A stretch of DNA of 64,000 nt from Nitrospirota bacterium (GTDB taxonomy: Bacteria > Nitrospirota > Nitrospiria > 2-01-FULL-66-17): contig JBMOMD010000036.1 of assembly GCA_049325295.1 (NCBI GenBank), forward strand, positions 80,656-144,655. Direction: 5' to 3'. The translations under genes and the position numbers were made by a program. The notes under the pieces are model-generated. The model saw nothing but the letters and a program-made list of their open reading frames with translations, had not been told where the DNA came from and did not search any database. Of this stretch, positions 47,997 through 57,692 are shown in pieces (the first letter of the stretch is position 1; each line of letters begins with the position of its first letter).

Positions 47997-48073
47997 TGGT
48001 GCGCCTGGCTGGAATCGAACCAGCGACCCACAGCTTAGAAGGCTGTTGCTCTATCCGACTGAGCTACAGGCGC
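47997..48073 (-). tRNA. tRNA-Arg (anticodon TCT), CCA encoded
   Basis: Acceptor GCGCCTG/CAGGCGC, anticodon stem ACAGC/GCTGT, loop ctTCTaa. Confidence 0.75.
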
Positions 48074-48171
48074 GTGTGTCCAGGCAAAGACGAGGGGAGA
48101 GCGGGTGAGGGGGTGAAAAGAACGTTCGCCCATTCTCCCCGTCGCCCACTCACCCCGTCGTCTTTAAAAAA

Positions 48172-48248
<77 letters not shown>

Positions 48249-48282
48249 TCGTATCAGCCGACTAGTTTGTTCACGGCTCCCG

Positions 48283-48410
48283 GAAGCCTGTCCAGGGAAG
48301 GCCGGATGCAAGGCGGAGGGAGAGCCTTGCGCGCGGAGCGTACTGGGTCGTACGTGAGCACGCAAGGCCGACCGACAACGCCGCAGATGGCCTTTCATGG
48401 ACAGGCTTCC
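48283..48410 (-). repeat. Copy C (longest) of the dispersed structured intergenic repeat, in the rdgB 3' UTR
   Basis: A 13-bp closing stem (GGAAGCCTGTCCA ... TGGACAGGCTTCC) encloses CCGGATGCAAGGCGG...GCCTTGCG-cgc-GGAGCGTAC-tgggtc-GTACGTGAG-cac-GCAAGGC...CAACGCCGCAGATGGCC. The 3' half of the closing stem overlaps the rdgB stop codon. Confidence 0.65.
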
Positions 48411-49039
48411 AACCACGCCGCATCCGTGGTCAGCATATCACGAACCGCCGCCAACGCGCGCGCCCGATGGCTGACGAGATTTTTCTCGGCCTCGGACAGC
48501 TCCGCGAACGTGGCGTTGCGCTCGGGCAGTTCGAACACCGGGTCATAGCCGAATCCGCGGACGCCGGCCTCCGCGTCGCGAATCCGGCCTTCGACTGATC
48601 CCTCGAACAGGCGGGACGCGCCGGACGGGGAGGCCACCGCGATCACGCACCGAAACCGTGCGGTTCGCCGATCACACGGCACGTCCCTGAGGCGCTGCAA
48701 GAGCAGTCGGCGGTTGTCTCCATCAGTTGCCCCAGCGCCCGCGTACCGCGCGGACACCACACCGGGCGCGCCGCCGAGCGCATCGACTTCGAGCCCCGAA
48801 TCATCCGCCAACACCGGGAGCTGAACGCGCTGGGCCAGCGGCATGGCTTTCTTCAGCGCATTGGCCTCATAGGTCCGGCCATCCTCCTCGACGCCAACCG
48901 CCACGCCGAGGTCTCGCTGGGAAATGAACGTCCAGTCGAGGCCGCTCAGGAGCGTGGTGATCTCACGGATCTTTCCCGCATTGGTCGTGGCCACAACGAG
49001 CACGCGCCCGGCGTGTCGCGCGGTATTCAGCGCCATCAA
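48395..49039 (-). CDS. rdgB: Non-canonical purine NTP pyrophosphatase (dITP/XTP; RdgB/HAM1 family)
   Basis: TTNAGKIREI, ADDSGLEVDALGGAPGV, GFGYDP motifs. Paired with rph as in many bacteria. Confidence 0.85.
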   Translation of the reverse strand: MMALNTARHAGRVLVVATTNAGKIREITTLLSGLDWTFISQRDLGVAVGVEEDGRTYEANALKKAMPLAQRVQLPVLADDSGLEVDALGGAPGVVSARYAGAGATDGDNRRLLLQRLRDVPCDRRTARFRCVIAVASPSGASRLFEGSVEGRIRDAEAGVRGFGYDPVFELPERNATFAELSEAEKNLVSHRARALAAVRDMLTTDAAWLEACP

Positions 49040-49048
49040 CGGATCGCC

Positions 49049-49786
49049 CTACAGCGCGAGCTTCGGCCCCAGCGCGGTGCGCTGAAACGCGGTGAGCTTG
49101 CGTATCCCCCCGGCCGCCAAACGCGTCAGCTCCGAGAGATCTTTCGCGGAAAACGGCGTGCGCTCGGCCGTGCCCTGGACCTCCACGAATCCGCCGGAGC
49201 CCGTCATCACCACGTTCATGTCCACCTCGGCGGTGGAGTCTTCCGCATAACTCAGGTCCAGCAACCGCTTGCCGTTGACGGTCCCCACGCTCACGGCCGC
49301 CACGTATTCCTTGACCGGCATCGCGGTGAACAGGCCATCGGCCATCCCTTTTCGACAGGCCGCCACCAGCGCGACGAACGCGCCGGTAATGGATGCGGTC
49401 CGCGTCCCCCCGTCCGCTTGGATCACGTCGCAGTCGATCCAGATGGTGCGCTCGCCCATGGCCGAAAAGTCCATCACCGCGCGCAACGAGCGCCCCACCA
49501 ATCGCTGGATCTCCTGGGTCCGTCCGCCGATCTTGGTCCGTTCCCGCTGGGTACGCTCGGTGGTGGCGCGCGGCAACATGGCGTATTCGGCCGAGACCCA
49601 CCCCACCCCCTTGCCCTTGAGAAACGGGGGGACTCGGTTCTCCAGGGTGGCCGTACACACCACCTTGGTCTCGCCCATTTCAATCAACGCGGATCCTTCC
49701 GCGGGCTTGATAAAGCCCGTCGTGATCTTCACCGGGCGCAATTGCTTCGCGGTTCGTCCATCGGGTCGCACGCGGTTCTCCCCCAA
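49049..49786 (-). CDS. rph: Ribonuclease PH
   Basis: RPDGR...GSALIEMG...TERTQREKI-type PNPase-like core. Confidence 0.9.
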   Translation of the reverse strand: MGENRVRPDGRTAKQLRPVKITTGFIKPAEGSALIEMGETKVVCTATLENRVPPFLKGKGVGWVSAEYAMLPRATTERTQRERTKIGGRTQEIQRLVGRSLRAVMDFSAMGERTIWIDCDVIQADGGTRTASITGAFVALVAACRKGMADGLFTAMPVKEYVAAVSVGTVNGKRLLDLSYAEDSTAEVDMNVVMTGSGGFVEVQGTAERTPFSAKDLSELTRLAAGGIRKLTAFQRTALGPKLAL

Positions 49787-49905
49787 AAAGTGGGGGCATT
49801 ATAGGAGAGGGGGTGGTAAAGATCAAACGGAGGGCGCGCCGTCCCATCGCGCCGAAGGCCGCCTCGCGCGTGACAAAGCAACCGGCCGAAGGCCGGCTCC
49901 ACGGA

Positions 49906-50664
49906 TCAAGCGGCGGCGGGCAACGACGACTCGTCGTCCCCACGACCACGGGACCGGCGGTCGCCGTTTCGGCGATCCTGGGTGCGCGGATTCAGGGGAA
50001 GCGACACCACGAACGTGGTTCCTCGACCGATCACCGACTCCACGGAGATCGTTCCGCGATGTTCTTCGACGACTTGGTGGCACGTCAACAGTCCCAGACC
50101 ACTGCCTTCGTGGCCTTTGGTCGTGAAAAACGGGGTAAACAGTCGTTCGAGATTTTCTTCCGAGATCCCCACTCCCGTGTCGGTGACACGCAGTTCCACG
50201 TGCGGCGTTGATCGAACCGTTGTGGCGCGGCTTGAAACCGTCAGCGTCCCCCCGGACGGCATGGCTTGAATCGCGTTGAGCATCAGGTTCAGGAACACTT
50301 GCTTCATGCGCTCCTGGTCCAGGTGAACCGGCCCCAGCGACGTATCCGGTTTCACTTCGATCGACACGCCCTTGGTGCGGGCCTGCGAGGTCAGCAGCAC
50401 CGCCATCTGCCCAAGCACGGCGTTGAAATCCACGGCCTCAAATACCGACGCGGACTCGCCCGTAAACTTAGAATACGTCAAGAGCTGACGAATCAGCCCC
50501 CGGATCCGCTCGACTTCCTTCACCGTCACCTGATACAACGTGCCCCAGTATTCGGAATCCTCGGACGTCTCCCGGCGTTTGGCCGGGAGCATTTGCAAAA
50601 AGGTTGAAATCGGCACCAAGGGATTGTTGATCTCGTGCGCGAGGCCGGCGGCCAGGGTCCCCAC
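49906..50664 (-). CDS. Histidine kinase core (HisKA plus HATPase_c) lacking its own sensor or N-terminus; in frame with the upstream receiver ORF across a single TAG
   Basis: H-box GLAHEINNPL, N-box LNLMLNAIQAM, G-boxes DTGVGI and GSGLGL. The ORF begins with GTG two codons after the receiver's TAG, in the same frame. Confidence 0.7.
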   Translation of the reverse strand: MGTLAAGLAHEINNPLVPISTFLQMLPAKRRETSEDSEYWGTLYQVTVKEVERIRGLIRQLLTYSKFTGESASVFEAVDFNAVLGQMAVLLTSQARTKGVSIEVKPDTSLGPVHLDQERMKQVFLNLMLNAIQAMPSGGTLTVSSRATTVRSTPHVELRVTDTGVGISEENLERLFTPFFTTKGHEGSGLGLLTCHQVVEEHRGTISVESVIGRGTTFVVSLPLNPRTQDRRNGDRRSRGRGDDESSLPAAA

Positions 50665-50670
50665 CGCGCT

Positions 50671-51144
50671 CTACCGATTGGCCCGCGCCACCCGTTTCAG
50701 GGTTTCGATTTTTTCTCCGTGAAGTCGTTCTCGTTCTTTGACGAGCACGTACCGCTCAATGCCGTCTCGAAACGCCATCTGCACCTCGCGCTCGTCGTAC
50801 GGCTTGGCCAGATAGCGGGAGACATTCCCCACATTGATCGCGTCCACCACGCTTTCCAGATCGGAATAGGCGGTCAACAGCATGCGCACCGTGTCCGGGT
50901 AGTTGGCCCGAACTTGCGCCAGAAATTGCGTGCCCGTCATATCGGGCATGCGTTGGTCCGAGAGCACCACCGCCACGTCCCGTTGCGCCAAGATCTCCAG
51001 TCCCGCTGCGCCGCTGGGCGCGGTCAGAATCGTGAAGTCACGCCGAAACTGCCGCTGCAAGGTCTCGATCGCGTAGGGTTCGTCATCCACGTACAGGATC
51101 GGATAGGCCCGGTAGTCCAAGTTCTCGAACAACGGTTCACTCAT
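50671..51144 (-). CDS. Single-domain response-regulator receiver (REC) protein; possibly the N-terminal part of a REC-HK hybrid interrupted by an in-frame stop
   Basis: Phospho-acceptor context ILYVDDEP...VVLSDQRMPDMTG...KP. The C-terminal helix ...LKRVARANR runs into TAG, then SAVGTLAAGLAHE of the next ORF. Confidence 0.8.
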   Translation of the reverse strand: MSEPLFENLDYRAYPILYVDDEPYAIETLQRQFRRDFTILTAPSGAAGLEILAQRDVAVVLSDQRMPDMTGTQFLAQVRANYPDTVRMLLTAYSDLESVVDAINVGNVSRYLAKPYDEREVQMAFRDGIERYVLVKERERLHGEKIETLKRVARANR

Positions 51145-51153
51145 CGTATTTCC

Positions 51154-54100
51154 TCACGCGGCCTTTGATAAACCACTTGCTACCGGAAGGACCACCGTGA
51201 ACTCCGCGCCCTGACCCGGCTCGCTGCGCACATCGATCCGGCCTCCGACATCCTGAATAATCTGATAACTGACCGAGAGCCCCAACCCGGTCCCTTTGCC
51301 CACGGGTTTGGTGGTGAAAAACGGCTCAAACAGCCGTGCCATGTGCTCGGGTTTGATGCCCGGTCCCGAATCCCGCACCGAGACGGTCACCGTGTGCTCA
51401 TGATCCCGCGATTCGACCCAAATCTCTCCGGTCGCGCCGATCGCCTGAACCGCATTTTGAAGCAGATTCATCCACACCTGGTTGAGTTTACCAGGTACCG
51501 CGAAAACCGCCCGCGTCGACTGCAGATCGGCGTGGACCACCAAACCCCGTCCCGCCATCGGGTGGATCAGGCTTAACGTAGATTCCAATCCGTCTTGCAC
51601 CGAGCACTCGATCTTCTGATTCTGATCCTTTCGGACAAACGCCTTCAGTTGACCGACAATTTCTTCCGTGCGCGTCACGCCGTTCTTCACGATTCCCAAT
51701 GACGCGTCCACGTCTTCTACGGAATCAACCGGCGTCCGGTCCTGGGGTAACAACGGCTTCAATTCCGCCCAGGCCCGCTGCAATACGATAAGACTATTCT
51801 TGGCAAAGCTGATCGGGTTGTTGATTTCGTGCGCCATGCCCGCGACCAACAGGCCGAGGCCGGCCATCTTCTCAGATTGAACCAACTGCGCCTGCGTATT
51901 TTTCAGTTCAGTCAGCGTCGCCTCCAACGCCTCATTGCGCTGTTGAATCTCCCGCTCCAATCGACGCAGCTCCAACAGCGATTTGATCTTGGCTCGCAGC
52001 TCTTGGGCGTTGAACGGTTTGGTCAAATAGTCGTCGGCCCCGTGCTCCAATCCCTCGATCTTCATCGCCATGTCGGCGCGAGCCGTGAGCAAGATAATCG
52101 GGATGTGCTTGGTCCGCTCGTCCCCGCGAATCGCTCGACACAACTGATACCCATCCATCTCCGGCATCATGACATCGGAAATAATGAGGTCCGGGAGTGC
52201 CTGGACCGCGACACCAACGCCCTCTCGACCGTTGGACGCCTTGAGCACCCGATAGTCGCCCTGTAATTCAAACGCGATGAACTCACGCATGTCCGGGTTG
52301 TCTTCGACGATCAAGACCTGTCGACCATTAGCGGGAGAGAAGCTCGGCTCGGGCGCGACCGTCGGTTCCGTTGACACCCCGCTTAGATGCCGCTCCGCGG
52401 CAACGTGCAGTTCGCGGGTCCAATCGTTCGTCGGTGCGGCTCCATCCGACTCCTGAGGAGCTTGCTCCTCAGTGGACTCATCGTGAGGCGCTTCAAGGAG
52501 CAACGGCAGCGTCACCGTAAACGTCGATCCACGCCCGGGTTCACTGTTCACGTTGATCCGCCCACCGTGAAGCTCCACGATTTCCTTCGCAAGGGCCAAG
52601 CCGATACCCGTTCCCTCATACCGGCGACTCGTCGTAGCGTCCACCTGTGAAAATCGCTTGAACAGTTTCGGTAAGTCGCTTTCTGAGATGCCGATACCCG
52701 TATCCATGACCTGCACCTGAAGCTGTCCCTCCGCCGACCGTCCCCATCGAAGGGTGACCCGGCCACCAGAGTTGCTGAACTTGATTGCGTTAAACAGCAA
52801 GTTCAAGACGACTTTTTCCAAACGATCGGGGTCGAAATACGATCGCTCCGGCAACTGCGACGCTTCTTCGCCAATTAGCTCGATGTGCTTTTTCTCGGCC
52901 ATCGGTGCAACCGAGGCGATGAGTCCACGAAAAAATGCCCCGATGTCTCCTGGCCGAAACTGTAGTTTCATGCGGCCCGCATCGAGTTTCGTGAGGTCGA
53001 GCAAGTTGTTGATTTGTTTGAGTAGGCGTAAACCATTCTGGTGCATTACGGACACATGCCGTCTCACCGACTCCGGAAGCGGTGTACCCTCTTCTTTGAT
53101 CAGGGACTCAAGCGGTGCAAGGATCAACGTGAGCGGCGTTCGCAACTCATGGCTCACCGCAGCGAAGAACTTAGTCTTCAACTCGTCCAACTCTTGGAGC
53201 TTTCGATTCGAGTCCTCAAGCTCCTGCGTCCTAAACTGAACCTTCTGTTCGAGAGAGTCATATAGCAACGAATTCTGGACGGCGATGGTAGTTTCAGCTC
53301 TTAACGCCAACAGAAAGTCGAGATCCAAACGGGTGTATCGGCTCAGATTCTCCTTCTCTCCGAGCACAATGACCCCAATCAGAGTCTCTTCATTCGTCAG
53401 TGGCATCGCGACTTGCGCATGGTGACGGATAAAGAACGGTTGATAGGCCGCCGGATCATCACTTTGAACGACACGCTGATTGGCCGCTATACGCTCCAAA
53501 AAGGCCTGCTCCTCTCCGGTAAATCCTCCCTCCCTTGTACGTAGGAATCGCGTGTCTTTGACATAAAGAGTCTCTCCTATGGTCCGGAGGGTCCGTGTAA
53601 TCAGTTCTCCAAAGCTCTTAATTGCCGAGATTTCCTGGACGAAACGCTGCAATTCATCCAGCATATCGAACTTCCGTCGCTGAAAATAGTGATCGACATA
53701 CGGCTGTACAACGCGGGCATACACGAGCATCAGTAGCAAGAGGGTGGCGAGAATGATATAGCTCGCTACTGGATGACTAAGGAGCCACGACCGGAGCCCC
53801 GCGAATAGCGCGACGATGGGAACGACTACAATCGCCGACGTCGCAAGCCAGAGCGCCGTCTTATGAACGACGGTTTTCACATCAAATGCGCCGTGCTGAA
53901 CAATTGCAAATCCCAGGATAGCGGTATATCCAATTTCAAAAATATAATAAAAAGGAGGCCCAGCCGATCCAATAAGGAAGACAAAGAGCGCATATAAAAT
54001 CACCGCCGTGAACCCGAGCCCGAAAGCAAAAAGCATGTATTGTAATTGAACGCGTTTTGTTCCAGTGCTTGATCGATATAGTGTGATTAGGCGATACGTT

Positions 54101-54555
54101 CCATAAGCGACTCCAAAGAGAAGATACAACGCAAAGAGTGGAAATGCCGGCCCAGGAATTTCGAGCATTGATGTTTCTGCGAACTGCAGATCCGACACAA
54201 CAAAGGGAGTCAGGACAAGAATTGCCATGAAAGGCGTGGCAACACTTAGAATTCTTCGAATATTCTTTGGAGGGGTCTTCTCCTCGCCGAGGGCACAATA
54301 AAAGCAAACATTGAAATAAACGAAAAAGACGCCGCCTAAAAACGATATTCGGTCTAAAGTGAGGGCCAGAAGATCGGGTCGACCGTAGAGTATGAGGAGA
54401 TCGCTCGCGTTCCAGAACGCGACAGACAAGTTAAACAAGCCAAAGTTTCGATTAATAGAATTCCTGTGGTCCTTCGACCAAACAAAGAGACCTGACGTCG
54501 CACATGAGACGAGACCTGCGATCGCAAAGGCGATTCGAACGTCAACTGGGGACAT
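51154..54555 (-). CDS. Large hybrid sensor: N-terminal multi-TM (about 7-8 helices) domain, GAF, HisKA/HATPase, REC, then a second HisKA/HATPase
   Basis: TM region 1-290. GAF. H-box AAVSHELRTPL with G-boxes. REC (LIISDVMMPEMDG). Second H-box GMAHEINNPI with second G-boxes (DSGPGI, GTGLGL). The 5' third of the gene is visibly lower in GC. Confidence 0.85.
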   Translation of the reverse strand: MSPVDVRIAFAIAGLVSCATSGLFVWSKDHRNSINRNFGLFNLSVAFWNASDLLILYGRPDLLALTLDRISFLGGVFFVYFNVCFYCALGEEKTPPKNIRRILSVATPFMAILVLTPFVVSDLQFAETSMLEIPGPAFPLFALYLLFGVAYGTYRLITLYRSSTGTKRVQLQYMLFAFGLGFTAVILYALFVFLIGSAGPPFYYIFEIGYTAILGFAIVQHGAFDVKTVVHKTALWLATSAIVVVPIVALFAGLRSWLLSHPVASYIILATLLLLMLVYARVVQPYVDHYFQRRKFDMLDELQRFVQEISAIKSFGELITRTLRTIGETLYVKDTRFLRTREGGFTGEEQAFLERIAANQRVVQSDDPAAYQPFFIRHHAQVAMPLTNEETLIGVIVLGEKENLSRYTRLDLDFLLALRAETTIAVQNSLLYDSLEQKVQFRTQELEDSNRKLQELDELKTKFFAAVSHELRTPLTLILAPLESLIKEEGTPLPESVRRHVSVMHQNGLRLLKQINNLLDLTKLDAGRMKLQFRPGDIGAFFRGLIASVAPMAEKKHIELIGEEASQLPERSYFDPDRLEKVVLNLLFNAIKFSNSGGRVTLRWGRSAEGQLQVQVMDTGIGISESDLPKLFKRFSQVDATTSRRYEGTGIGLALAKEIVELHGGRINVNSEPGRGSTFTVTLPLLLEAPHDESTEEQAPQESDGAAPTNDWTRELHVAAERHLSGVSTEPTVAPEPSFSPANGRQVLIVEDNPDMREFIAFELQGDYRVLKASNGREGVGVAVQALPDLIISDVMMPEMDGYQLCRAIRGDERTKHIPIILLTARADMAMKIEGLEHGADDYLTKPFNAQELRAKIKSLLELRRLEREIQQRNEALEATLTELKNTQAQLVQSEKMAGLGLLVAGMAHEINNPISFAKNSLIVLQRAWAELKPLLPQDRTPVDSVEDVDASLGIVKNGVTRTEEIVGQLKAFVRKDQNQKIECSVQDGLESTLSLIHPMAGRGLVVHADLQSTRAVFAVPGKLNQVWMNLLQNAVQAIGATGEIWVESRDHEHTVTVSVRDSGPGIKPEHMARLFEPFFTTKPVGKGTGLGLSVSYQIIQDVGGRIDVRSEPGQGAEFTVVLPVASGLSKAA

Positions 54556-54653
54556 ATTGACTGGTTACCGCATACACCGCACTGCACCCTTGCCTCACCG
54601 GGACCAACCGAGCTCCCCTTTCCCGCATTATCAATTATTAACTGCCGCATGAA

Positions 54654-56294
54654 TTATAGCAGGCCGTTCAAAGACTCAACTGTTTCAAAAAGAGGAGTGC
54701 CTCTCATTTCATCGAACGCCTGTAGCGCTCTCTCAATGTCGTCCGACGAATGCGCCGCTGACATCGTCAGCCGTATGAGGGCTTCGCCTCGTTTCACGGC
54801 AGGGCGAATAAACGTATTGACGTGAATGCCGCTTTTTTCAAGTCGTTTAGTCATTTCGTACGCGACATGTTCATGCCCCACTCGTATCGCAATAATGGGA
54901 GACTGCCCACCGACTGGGTGGTACCCCAGCGCCTCAAGGCCGGATTTCATAGTTGTGACATTTAACCAAAGCCGCTCCCTTAGATAGCGTTCCGTACGAA
55001 TAATCCGCAGCGCGGTGAGGGCACCAGCCGCCATCGCTGGGGGTAATGCAGTCGTAAAGATAATACCTCGGGACATGTGCCGCAGGTAATCCGACAGATG
55101 CTGTTCACAGGCTATAAATCCGCCGGGGCTCGCGAGTGCCTTGCTGAACAGCCCCAGGTATATATCTATCTGGCCCTCGAGGCCAAAGTGTTCCGCTGTC
55201 CCCGCGCCAGTCGGGCCAAGGAGTCCGAACCCATGTCCGTCATCTAGCATAATCGGGGTTCCGTTTGCCGTCGCTATGGCCTTTATTTCAGGGAGTGAAC
55301 CGAGATCTCCATGCGTGCTGTAGACGCCCTCCACCAAAATCAATGTTCGGGGGGTATCGACCTTGAGAAGCTTCCTCTCAAGATCTTCCGCCGAATTATG
55401 GCGAAACCGTAAGAGCGTGGCTCCGCTTGCCACGCAGCCGTCTATCATACTTGCATGAACCTTTTCGTCAGCCACCGCGGCGTCTCCTTTTCTCAGGAGA
55501 CACGAGAGAACAGCGAAGTTTGCGAGGTATCCGCTCGGGAAGACAAACGCTGCCTTGGCACCTACAAACTCTGCCAGTTCCGCTTCCAGTTGTTCGTGGA
55601 TAGGGTTCGTGCCGTTGACCGCGCGCGAGCCTGTCGCATGGGTTCCATACTTGCGTACAGCCTGAATGACGGCTTCTTTGACGCGGCCGTCATGCGATAA
55701 ACCAAGGTAATCTTTTGACCCAAATGACACCAGCTCGCGACCATCCATGATGACGCGCACCGCAGAGATCCCCTCGCTGCGCCGGCAGACCGTCGAAATC
55801 TGGTCCCACGCATGCGCCCGGGCCGCAAATGCAATCGACTCGGCAAAGATGTCCGCCTTTCTCCGTCTCTCTCGCAACCTCTTATTCTCGATGCCAGTGG
55901 CATCCAGCAGCCGTCTCTCCGCTTTACGACGGCAACGCATCAGTCCTGGGGATAAGCCGCTTATAAATGTATGGACCTTTCGCCGACCATCCTCTTCAGG
56001 AAATGCAATTTCCCCACCATATGCCATCGTATTCGGGTCGACACCTTGCCTATGAAGAATTTTGATCCTCACATGAGCCGAACGGCTATCAGGCAAAATA
56101 AGGTCCGCTTCTTCTTCAGTCTGGTCAAAGCCAGGTCCCATTCTGAAGGTAAGACCATATCGGCCGATGTTCCAGACTTGTCCGGTAATCTTCGTACCCG
56201 CAACGCCGGTCATTCGCACCATCACAGGAACAGGCATGTGCTCGACTCCATATCGAGGATGCCTGCGTCTCTGAAACGTGAGCTGAGATTCCAA
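54654..56294 (-). CDS. PilZ-like N-terminal domain fused to a class-II PLP-dependent alpha-oxoamine synthase (BioF/Kbl/SPT/CqsA family)
   Basis: The N-terminal roughly 140 aa have RRRHPRY (RxxxR) and a degenerate DxSxxG (NIGRYG). The AOS domain has FGSKDYLGLS, the PLP-lysine context STHGDLGSL...GLFSKAL, and glycine-rich loops. It lies 98 nt upstream of the hybrid HK on the same strand. Confidence 0.8.
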   Translation of the reverse strand: MESQLTFQRRRHPRYGVEHMPVPVMVRMTGVAGTKITGQVWNIGRYGLTFRMGPGFDQTEEEADLILPDSRSAHVRIKILHRQGVDPNTMAYGGEIAFPEEDGRRKVHTFISGLSPGLMRCRRKAERRLLDATGIENKRLRERRRKADIFAESIAFAARAHAWDQISTVCRRSEGISAVRVIMDGRELVSFGSKDYLGLSHDGRVKEAVIQAVRKYGTHATGSRAVNGTNPIHEQLEAELAEFVGAKAAFVFPSGYLANFAVLSCLLRKGDAAVADEKVHASMIDGCVASGATLLRFRHNSAEDLERKLLKVDTPRTLILVEGVYSTHGDLGSLPEIKAIATANGTPIMLDDGHGFGLLGPTGAGTAEHFGLEGQIDIYLGLFSKALASPGGFIACEQHLSDYLRHMSRGIIFTTALPPAMAAGALTALRIIRTERYLRERLWLNVTTMKSGLEALGYHPVGGQSPIIAIRVGHEHVAYEMTKRLEKSGIHVNTFIRPAVKRGEALIRLTMSAAHSSDDIERALQAFDEMRGTPLFETVESLNGLL

Positions 56295-56441
56295 AGGTCC
56301 TCCTTATTCTCGACTTCTCTAGAAACGCACCACCCGTGTTACGGCTCTCGTCGCTCTTTTTTGTATCGCAACTGATCTTCTGGGCGCTTTACTTGCTGGA
56401 AGCCTGTGATATGTTGATTGCGTTCTCTTCGGGAGGATTCC

Positions 56442-57692
56442 ATGAGTCGGTTATCTTGCCTACGACTATTCATCGGATTCGCGTTAGCGCCCGTAATCGT
56501 CATGAGTGTAACTTCCGTCACGGCCTATGCTGGCGCATTTGCTATCGATGAACAGGGGACAGCGGCGATGGGGCAGGCTAATGCGTTCGCTGCGCAGTCC
56601 GATGATCCGAGCGCGCTCTTCTACAATCCGGCGGGAATTGGGCAACTTCAGGGGACGCAAGTTAGTTTAGCGACAACTCTAATCGCCCCCTCCACCACCT
56701 TCGAGAACGCCGGTTCAGGACAATCTACCAGTACCAATTCAGTGTTATTTTATCCCACGACCTTTTACGCTGTCCACGAAATTAGTAACGCTCTACACGT
56801 CGGTCTCGGCGTATTTACACCATTTGGACTGTCCACGGAGTGGCCCTCGGATTGGGAGGGCCGTTATGTAACGACGTTTTCCGAAATCAACACGTATTAC
56901 TTCAATCCCAATATAGAATGGAGCCCCGGCCCACGGCTTCATCTGGCCGTTGGAATTAGTTATGTTCCGTCGTCTGTGACGTTCAGGAACAAGCTTGACC
57001 TCAGTAGCATCCCATTGCCGGATGGCGAATCCGAGGTCACGGCAGACGGAGACGGGTGGGGCTACAATTTAGCCGCACTCGCGACCCTTCCCGGGGAAAA
57101 TACCATCGGCGTCTCGTTCCGCAGCGCGGTGAAAATCGATTATTCTGGAGACGCAACGTCTGAACCCTCTGCGGTTCTTGGACCTCCGCAAGCCGTCCGT
57201 TCATCGCTAACTTTACCCCCTATGCTGACGGTCGGCGTCGCCAATCATACGATTGAGGCCCTCACTCTAGAGGCAGACCTCCAATGGGTGGGGTGGTCTA
57301 AAATCCAGTCGATTGATATCGACTTTGTGAATCCCGCAGCTCCAGATGTCACCACGGTGTATAACTGGCAGGACAGCTATTCGCTCCGGTTCGGAGCCGC
57401 GCATTCGATCGGTCCGGTGACGTTGCGAGCCGGCTATGCCTATGACATCAGTCCAGTTCCACCTGATACGATCGATCCCTCCATACCGGACTCCGATAAA
57501 CACGCCTTCACGCTTGGGGGAGGGTACCGCCTTGGAAGGACGACGATCGATATGGCGTATATGTTCATTCGCTCGAACGATCGGAGCGTCGACAATACGA
57601 TTACACCTGTGGCGGGACCACCGTTCAGCCAGCAAGGCAAGTATTCGGCGCGAACTCACGAACTGGGCATCGGCGTCACGTACCGCTTTTAG
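56442..57692 (+). CDS. FadL/TodX/OmpP1-family outer-membrane hydrophobic-compound channel
   Basis: Signal peptide, the N-terminal hatch motif GAFAIDEQGTAAMGQANAFAAQSDDPSALFYNPAG, and the beta-barrel C-terminus ...GIGVTYRF. GGAGG RBS. Confidence 0.75.
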   Translation: MSRLSCLRLFIGFALAPVIVMSVTSVTAYAGAFAIDEQGTAAMGQANAFAAQSDDPSALFYNPAGIGQLQGTQVSLATTLIAPSTTFENAGSGQSTSTNSVLFYPTTFYAVHEISNALHVGLGVFTPFGLSTEWPSDWEGRYVTTFSEINTYYFNPNIEWSPGPRLHLAVGISYVPSSVTFRNKLDLSSIPLPDGESEVTADGDGWGYNLAALATLPGENTIGVSFRSAVKIDYSGDATSEPSAVLGPPQAVRSSLTLPPMLTVGVANHTIEALTLEADLQWVGWSKIQSIDIDFVNPAAPDVTTVYNWQDSYSLRFGAAHSIGPVTLRAGYAYDISPVPPDTIDPSIPDSDKHAFTLGGGYRLGRTTIDMAYMFIRSNDRSVDNTITPVAGPPFSQQGKYSARTHELGIGVTYRF

